The notes beneath the pieces were generated by a model. That model did no database searches. It was not told the DNA's origin and was given only the letters and a program-made list of their open reading frames with translations. A DNA stretch of 64,000 nt, taken from assembly GCA_951406725.2 (NCBI GenBank), contig OX597818.1, positions 42,098,001 to 42,162,000 of the forward strand, read 5' to 3'. The DNA is from Octopus vulgaris. Lineage: Eukaryota. Both the position numbers and the translations under genes were made by a program. Positions 55,415 to 64,000 of the stretch are shown here, in pieces (within the stretch, counting starts at the first letter, position 1; each line of letters starts with the position of its first letter).

Positions 55415-55830
55415 GGATCTTTGCGGTTTGAACGGCAATTTTTAACATAATTTCTAGGTAACTAAAAATTGTTAAACTTCGTATACTGGTAGAATGTGTT
55501 TATAAAACATCTTTTTCTCTCGGCTTTATGGAGAAAATTCTATAGTTTGTAAGATATTTGTTGGTTTTTTTTCTTCTTCAATTTCTGCAATTTCAACCAA
55601 TCAGTGACGTCTATTGAGTTAAAAAGCATTCTGTGCCGTATGAATATGTCCCTCGTTTAGGAAACAGATTGGGCTTATTTATATTTGTGAAGAAAAAATA
55701 CCCTTCCCCCACCCTAACCCTAACCCTAAAAGAGATTGAAATGCAATAGATCGATTCTAGGGTCATAATTATGGGTGACAATTTCATATGACACCGCTAG
55801 AAAAAATTGCCGTTCAAACCGAAAAGACCC
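55415..55830. mobile_element. Merlin-like MITE with internal (CCCTAA)n
   Basis: TIR ggatcttt.cggtttgaacggca.ttttt, 8-bp TSD tagtatcg. Confidence 0.82.
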
Positions 55831-56492
55831 TAGTATCGTCGAAAAATTTTGCTATAAAGTTGTTATTAATAAAGCTATATTTTCCATCTTTTCCGCCCAA
55901 CCTATGAAAATGACTTCGGTTAGTTCGAAAAATAGGGCAAATAGCATAGATCATATAAAACACTAATTTATCAGGACCGTCAAGGAATCGAAACCTTAAA
56001 CAAGATATAAAGATCAGTTTTCATTGCAAGGGAGTGTACGAGCAAACAAAATATATGATTCTGAAAAGTTCATCCTTTCTCAGCTGACGAGCATCTGTCT
56101 ACATTAACTTTTAATGCCTTGCAAAAACTAACAAACAAGTTGACATTACCAGGCTTGTTGAGAAGATTCAACCTCAAGCATCTCATTAAAATTTCTTATA
56201 CATATATATATATATATACATACACACGCGCGAAAGGAAACGTATAGTTCCTTTTAGCCATGTCAGATTTAAATTCTGATAATTCCAAAATGCAAACTCC
56301 CACCAAATTTTGCTCTTCATATTGGCCTTTTCGTATTAAAAGGTAAGGGTCACTGATCTAAGAGTGTAAACTAATTTAGAGAAATAAAGGAATCCTATAA
56401 ACGACACAGAAATGTCAGCCTACAATAGCAAATGTTAACAACAGGCTGACTTCACTTCTCATTCTGTCGGAGTCGATAAAAGTAAAGTACTG

Positions 56493-56929
56493 GGATCTTT
56501 TCGGTTTGAACGGCAGTTTTTAACATAATTTCTAGGTAACTAAAAAATTTTAAACTTCGTATACTGGTAGAATGTGTTTATAAAACATCTTTTTCTCTTG
56601 GCTTTATTGAGAAAATTCTATAGTTTGTAAGATATTTGTTGTTGTTTTTTTTTCTTCAATTTCTGCAATTTCAACCAATCACTGACGTCTATTGAGGTAA
56701 AAAAACATTCTGTGCCGTATGAATACGTTCCTCGTTTAAGAATCAGATTGGGTTTATTTACATTTGTGAAGAAAAAAAGATACCCTTTCCCCCACCCTAA
56801 CTCTAATCCTAACTAACCCTAACCCTAAAACAGATTGAAATGCAATAGATCGATACTTGGGTCATAATTATGGGTGACAATTTCACATAACACCGCTAGA
56901 AAAAACTGCCGTTCAAACCGAAAAGATCC
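56493..56929. mobile_element. Merlin-like MITE (second copy), inserted in a SINE-A remnant
   Basis: Same TIR, 8-bp TSD aagtactg, closely similar to 55415-55830. Confidence 0.82.
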
Positions 56930-58059
56930 AAGTACTGAAGTTGACATAATCGACTTTACTCATCTGCCCAAATGTGAACATTTGTGTCTATGTTAAATTA
57001 ATCAATATTTCGGAAACGGAAACTTTACATTACGTAAAGATTCGACCCAGTCTGCTTGTAATAATGGTTTCAACGCAAATTTTGGCACAAAGCCAGCAAT
57101 TTTGGAAGAAGGGTTAAGTCAATTTCATCGACTTCAATATGTGACTGGTACTTATTTTATCGATTTCGAAAGGATGAAAGGCAAAAATCGACCTCTAAGA
57201 AATTTAAACTCGGAACGTAAAGACGAATGAAATGCCGCTAAGAATTTTACCCGGCGGACTGACGATTCAGCCAGATCACTGCCTTCAATCTGCATGTAAT
57301 AACAGAAACTAATTAAATATATGACAAATACTAAACAAGGTAATAAGACAGTGTAACTGAGTGAAGTATTGTGGCAGTGTAGTAAAATGTGAATGATAGA
57401 CTGATTAAAAAATTAAATGAAGTTTTCTGCTACAAAGATAAGTGATTAAGATGCTATAGTTGTTAAACGTATTTAGCCTTGGAGACTAATTACTAAGATA
57501 TTTTGTGAACATCAACAGCTATAGACTAGAATCATCGAACAGATGAAAAGCAAAATCGACCTCGGGAGGATTGAGCTTAGCATGTAAAGAACCAGAAGAA
57601 ATGTTATACACATTTTTGTCCGATACGCTAACGATTCTGCCAGCTCTGCTAGTTTGTTAATCAAGGAACTTTCATACTTCTTTACATGTCCTTCATATTT
57701 TCGTTTGGAACAAATATGTTTCTAAGTTCATCGATGTAGCTAGTCATCGATATTTCTAGTTCATCGATGTTGAGCACTAGAATCGATGTAATCGACCAAC
57801 TCCCGCCCCTAGATTGCTGGCCTTGTGCCAAAACTTGAAACAGTCGCATTAATATGTAGAACGGTGATTTTCTTACAGGCCTATACATTCTAAATTCAAA
57901 TCTCTTTGAAATCTGGGTGGGCACTAATTTGTTATAACGCTAAAGTGGAGTATCAAAATAAGTGTATCACTGTAAATCTGGGGGTGCACCATTGAATAAT
58001 TGGTGGGGGAAGGAGTAGTGCCGTCCAGTGCACTCCCATAATGACGGGCATGATTAAGA

Positions 58060-58600
58060 CCCATAGAGGCCTTAAGCACTTAAATGATTTTGGTGCACCC
58101 ATATATTATATGTGGAGGCGCGTGGCTTAGTGGTTAGGGTGTCAGCATAATGATCGTAAGATTGTGGTTTCAATTCCTGGACCGGGCGACGCATTGTGTT
58201 CTTGAGCAAAACACTTCATTTCACGTTGCTTCAGTTCACTCAGCTGGCAAAAATGAGTAACGCTGCGATGGACTGGCGTCCCGTCCAGCTGGGGAACACA
58301 CACACCATTGAAACCGGGAAACCGGGCCCCTGAACCTGGCTAGGCTTTAAAAGGGCGCATTTATATTTTATTTCATATATTATATGAGTAATTCAAAATA
58401 TAAACAATAATAAACTATAAAATATTTTTTCGTTTCAAATTGAAACAAAACTGACTGTAAGATGAAAATTAATGTTTCTTTTTGTATATTTCCACTTTAT
58501 TTATATTTGAAAAGTTTTCTCCGACTTCTTTTTATTGCAAAGTCTTTGCTCAAATCCTCAAAATTAATCTTACATAACACATCGAATATTATTTTGGCAA
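58060..58600 (-). mobile_element. hAT transposase C-terminal remnant interrupted by SINE B (58114-58362)
   Basis: INFEDLSKDFAIKRSRRK resembles the tail after a hAT dimerisation domain. Confidence 0.45.
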
Positions 58601-60359
58601 GTTTAAAGTGATTTCTTTCGTTCCGTGAACAATTTACCATTTCTGTGGTGCCTCCTTCCCTAACGTGCCTATTTGCCTCATGGTTAATCCAGCGCTGAAA
58701 CCTGGTGAGCACTGACTAAACAATGAAGTTTAGGGTTAAATGAATGAGAGGCGTTCCAGCGATGTTTGTAGGACTACGTGATATAACGTATTACTTTCTC
58801 CTTTTTTTTTTGAGGCGGCAGGGGTACAGTTTGAAGGGATTTAACTATTGTTCCCAGCATGTCGGGTAAAGACGCAAGGATTCCCTTAGTGGCTTATGAT
58901 AGATTCTGTAGATAAAATGTGGTGGTGTCTTGTGTGTGTGTGTGTGTGCAGGCAAATGACAGGTTCATTGATTTAAAATATATTTGAAACAGGGATTCCT
59001 CTACGGGTATGGGGTATGTTCCCACCCCACCACACCCTACTGCATAAGCAAAGATTTTGTAACAAATAATTTCTCATGTGAAAATTGAAACTACGCCTGA
59101 AAATGTCAGCATTCTTGCGCAACAAGATTTGACATTCAATACTACTACCCGTCACGTAGTGAAGTCTGCAACCTCTGGCGGCCTTTGACATGAGATGGAT
59201 ATGATAAACATTTTAGTTAAAAGATTTTTAATTTATATCAGATAATTTCGACTAATCTATCATAGGATCATCCTTTATCCCCACCATGGCTCGTCCTTGT
59301 CCTGATTCTGTATTCTATAGAAAAACGTTTATATAAATATAAAATCTGGTTCAGAACTATATTTGTCAATTATTATGCTTTCAGAGAAAATGCGGGCACA
59401 AAAATGATAATATAATTAATTGAACCTGGAAAAGTACAGGACAAAAACAAGTAGAAACTTTTAAATATTGCAGCTAATGTTGAAACTTCTATTTTATAAA
59501 ATGGTTTTTGGGTGAGTCCTGGTGGAAAATGAAGGGAAAAGACTAAAAGTAAGAGTAAATGTCCTTTGAGCGACATACTAGTAATTTCGTTAAATCTGAA
59601 GGGTTATTTTTCTTCTTCCCGTAGCACCCTCCCATGTGCATATCTAAGCGAGATCGTATATAATGGTTTATGTTAAGTCTGATGGAGATAAGTAAAATTT
59701 TGTGCAGTTTAGAAGAGGGTGGTTTGATTGCCTAGCTTTAAAGAAGATGCGATTGTTGGGAATAGGAGTTTCCGGATATCAAGAGCCGAAGGTTGTTGGA
59801 TTTTCAGAGTTTCATGGGCACAGATTTTTAATGTTTCTAACGAGGATAAATTTTCATTTTTTAGTGAAAGGTAAATTCCATTAAATCCCTCATATCATTT
59901 ATCTCTCCATACTTTTAAGCTGACTGCCTATTTAACTGTTACTAGGCAGCATTTCTGCGTTCCTAAAAGTCACCTCATTTATAACTGGAAAAACATGAGA
60001 TGAAGGTAGTTGAGCATCCTTAGATTTTAAAAACCGGGTCATATCTCCATCATATACGAGTGCCACAACTCCCACCCAACATCCACCATATTTTATAGGG
60101 AATAAATGTAAGAAGTTCCATATAATTTTTTTCATAGGTGTTTGAAATTGAAATTAATGAAGTTATACTTTTACATTTGAATAAAACTTTTAAATATTTT
60201 TGTTTTCTATTTCAAGTTTAGCTGCAATATTTTTAAGTTCCACTTCTGCTTGTTCAGTACTTTTCCAGATTCAGTTAATCAACTGTATTATAACTCATGC
60301 GTCCTCATTTCACACTTTTTTCTTTACTTTTTTTCTTTGCCGCTTGCCAAATAATACCA

Positions 60360-60640
60360 AATGACTGACCGTTAGTAAGGAGAGACACACAAATAAGAAA
60401 GAAGAAAGCAAAGGACCACTGATGAGGTCACGGGAGTGTGACGAAAGAACTCTGGCCGAAATAAGATTAAGATTAATATAAAAAAATGAATAACGCTGAA
60501 GCAAAGTAACACCAAATATATAGTGCGTGTGTTTTTATTGGCTAAACTGGCAAAATGACCATTCCTAAATACAACAATATCTGTTTCAACACACGATTTC
60601 ACATAAAATCTTGCAAAACAAATATATAAACGTAACAAAT
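60360..60640 (+). mobile_element. Solo pLTR of the 19112 Penelope family
   Basis: Close reverse-complement match to 19112-19385. Confidence 0.85.
60413..60457 (+). ncRNA. Hammerhead ribozyme with canonical core
   Basis: ggacca-CUGAUGA-g-gucac-gggagu-gugac-GAAA-gaa-CUC-uggcc. 5-bp stem II, minimal stem III. Confidence 0.8.
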
Positions 60641-63019
60641 AATAATTGTTATTGAGATAATACTGAAAAAGTATAACAGGTAATAAATTGAGATATTTTT
60701 CAAAATGTTTAAACTATAGTAAAAAAATGAATTTTGCGAATTGACAAAAATTAATTTACATTAAATGGTTATGGCAAACTCGAAATGAAAGAGAAAACGA
60801 CTAAAACAATAGTAAATGAAGTAAATGAGGTGATTTTTAAAAGATCGAAATTTGGGGGGAAAAATACTTTTCAAAGCTTTGGCTGCGACCATATCTAGGT
60901 CTCCTTTGTCAGCATCACGATCGTAAGATTGTGGTTTCGATTCTTGGACCGGGCAACGCCTTGTGTTCTTGAGCAAAACACTTCATTTCACGTTGCTCCA
61001 GTCCACTCAGTTGGCAAAAATGAGTAATAAAGGCGGCGAGCTGGCAGAACCGTTAGCACGCCGGGCGAAATGCGTAGCCGTATTTCGTCTGCCGTTACGT
61101 TCTGAGTTCAAATTCCGCTGAGGTCGACTTTGCCTTTCATCCTTTCGGGGTCGATAAATTAAGTACCAGTTACGCACTGGGGTCGATGTAATCGACTTAA
61201 TCCGTTTGTCTGTCCTTGTTTGTCCCCTCTATGTTAAGCCCCTTGTGGGTAATATAGAAACATATCTAGGTGTCCTTTATTTCGTCTGTTGGCTCAACAG
61301 GTATCGTGCCAGTCGAGACCTATGTGTCGATGCTATTGACTGCTCCCCTCAAGTTTCTGGTTTTAGATAACGCTTTGTGGATTCTGACTTTCATTTCATT
61401 CACTTCTTGTTACTCCTTCTTATATATACTTAAATGTTACCCATGGATAATATCAATTGTTATCTCTGTAAATCGGTTATGTCAACGCACGTAATGATAC
61501 TCTATCAGCGAGGTTTCTCAGCAGTGAAGGAACCTATAGTTAAATCCACTAGCGTAGCTAGAGTGTGTACCGCCCAGGGCAGCCCTTCCGTTTTCCGCCC
61601 TCGGACCCCACTAAAAACATCTATTGCCTACAGCAGACCCAAAAGTGGTGCTCCTTTAAAAGTGCCGCCTGGTGCTGACCACCCCATATCGCCGCTCCTA
61701 TATCATTACATTAAAATATTGCCGTTAGGCATTTTATCGTTACTGCACCGCACAAAATGTTTAACGGCATTTCTTCAGGTTCTTTACGTCCTTTCGTAAT
61801 GGATAAAATAAATACCAGTTGAGCACTGAGGTTGATGTAATTGACTTAGCCTCCCCTTAAAATTGTTGGTCATGAGCTAGAATTAGAAAGATTTCTATTA
61901 AAAGATCCCGAACTATTGGTGTTGTTTTAAATTACATGTATAACCGATCTCCGACTGTTAGCCAATCTCTTTAACCACTCTGCAGTTCCTGTTTAATTTA
62001 AGCATTCCCGACCACAAGAACTGCATACTAAAGCAAATGATTTTATCAAAACAATGTCTTTTATATTTATATTTTCTTCTCACTGTTTCTACTCGCCTTG
62101 TGAATGACGGCTGCTTTAACCTTGGCGTTTTTAGTTCGCGTAACATATCAGGTTACATAAAACATTGAGGCTATGATTATTACATAACAGACTGCGATTA
62201 AACTATTTTAAAGAAAAATCCTGGTCAAAGCGAAGCTATTTAGTAGTACACTTTATTTTCATATCTTGACTGTTTGGTGATCAAGTTTTTGCTATTGAGC
62301 TGTCCAAATTAGCTCATATCAAGAAGACCTATGACAAGAGGCATTCCAGTCGCGACCATCCTGTCATTTTCTACATCTATGATGACATAGCCCAATACAT
62401 CCGTTGTATTTAGGATAGTAGGGTATGATCTGAGGGGAATTTGGCTGTTATTTCAAACATGTGGAGCGATGGTGGGACAGAGGTGGGTGACCCTTTTTTA
62501 GTACCAGGGGCTAATTGTAAGTGCTCAAGAATCTGTGCAAAACGCTCTGTGCTGAGGAAACTAACGAATCCTTAATTCTATAAATTTCTAAATATGCAAT
62601 TTATTTTTATTTTACAGTTTGGTGTTGGGGATTAAGACATATTTATTCTTTCTTGTGTTTTTAGAGACTTCGTCAGCGAACAGTTTCAAGTATACCATAG
62701 TTACTTATATATGTTACACGAGTATTTACTTGTATATGATTCACAACTCCGATTTTGTGCTAAATCTTGGTACAGTGTCTCTTTCCTTTCATAAACTTTG
62801 CCCCGTGTATAAATCCCCAGTTAAAATCAAGTATGAATTGGTACAACTTATACACAATTAAATACGATAAATGCAGGCAAAATTTAGTTCTGTTCACATC
62901 CCGAAACTGAAAATGTGCTCATGGGCTTAATCTTGCAGAGACATACATACATACATACATACATACATACATACATACATACATACATACATACATACAT
63001 ACATACATACATACATACA

Positions 63020-63578
63020 TGGTGGTGGTTGTTCCCTCGTTATCGAGTATGGCCATTGCACGAAGCGTAATCAATGTTGTTATCGTGCAATGCCTGTGCA
63101 AGAAGAGTTTTTTTAAAGTGAGGAAAGGCTGTGCACTGAGTCAATCCCACTCACTAAGCAACAGCAGTCATAATCCGAAAAGAAGAACAAGTCAACATCA
63201 TCGGTAACCACTGAGCCGCAGGTTTTATGTCGGAGTTATCCCAGTTACCTGAGTTACCTTCTCCCAGAAGGATGCCCTAACAAAGGCTAGGAGTCCTTCA
63301 CTCCCAATGGTTTAACCGCGCGATGGGGTATTCAGTCCGATTATTTCTATGTCCCCGCGCAAGATACAGCCTTCAGACATTTATTGGATGGATGTTGACT
63401 CTCAAGAGTTCCTCCGCCCTTTGACGGGTTTTGTTTTTCATTCCGCAGGGTATCCAATAAATACCCTCCTCACCAAGCAAGCTTGGTGGGGTTGCGGGTT
63501 TAGTCGCCGACGACCCGACCATGCAACAGGTTGTACTGGGTTACATGTTACCAGTAGCATTCGAAAGTGACCTGACAT
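63020..63578 (-). mobile_element. Non-autonomous RTE-related element between (CATA)n tracts
   Basis: Minus-strand ctagcctttgttagggcatccttctgggagaaggtaactc resembles an RTE 5'UTR motif. (CAC)n end and GC-rich structured 5' part. Confidence 0.5.
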
Positions 63579-63627
63579 AAACATACATACATACATACAT
63601 ACATACATACATACATACATACATACA

Positions 63628-63658
<31 letters not shown>

Positions 63659-64000
63659 GTGTCTGTTTCGTGTTTGTGTGTATGCGTAATTCTACATAAT
63701 TATTTTTTCTTCCTTGCTCACAGTTTTAATAAAGTTTAATTAGTATTTATGTGAGTGTCTATATATGTAGTTTTGTTTGCTTTTTACCCATCCGACCACA
63801 TTACCTTCGACCAAGTTATATCCGCAACTACTCTGAGATAGATTAGAAGAAATTTTATTTTACTACGAATGGTCTTTGTTTTGCTAAGGATAAATAAACA
63901 TACTTCCGGGAAAATTACGCATGTAGGAAACCAACAAAAAAATTTATTGTCTGCTACCCAGACAAATGGTGCTGTACTAAACTGAATCGGGTACGCTGAT

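Noticed and set aside
55712-55730. Telomeric (CCCTAA)n
   Set aside because: Only a few units, internal to a MITE; not a telomere or fusion site.

Overview
AT-rich eukaryotic genomic DNA saturated with microsatellites and repeats. The SINE families and the (TA)n/(CATA)n density suggest an octopus-like cephalopod (inference). I could assemble one host gene by hand, on the minus strand. Eight GT-AG exons between 39440 and 4206 splice in frame into 202 codons: a signal peptide, four phase-0 microexons that each start with a Cys codon and form a duplicated C-x2-L-[KR]-G-R-E-[KR]-A-x-C module, a Pro/Thr linker, and a group A SRCR domain. The gene runs off the left edge of the window. The rest is mostly transposon-derived: three Penelope-like (RT/GIY-YIG) retroelements and several solo or palindromic pLTR-like pieces; mariner, Tc1, hAT, piggyBac, Merlin-like and Helitron elements; R4-like, HERO-like and RTE fragments; and three tRNA-type SINE families. 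Two RNA-level signals stand out. First, about ten minimal hammerhead ribozyme motifs, many with the compensatory U3-A8 core, including a palindrome carrying one hammerhead on each strand. Second, an RTE-tailed non-autonomous element whose 5' part is a copy-number-variable array of about 60-nt hairpin-plus-pseudoknot modules, with up to 11 units. All calls come from reading the sequence; no database searches were run.
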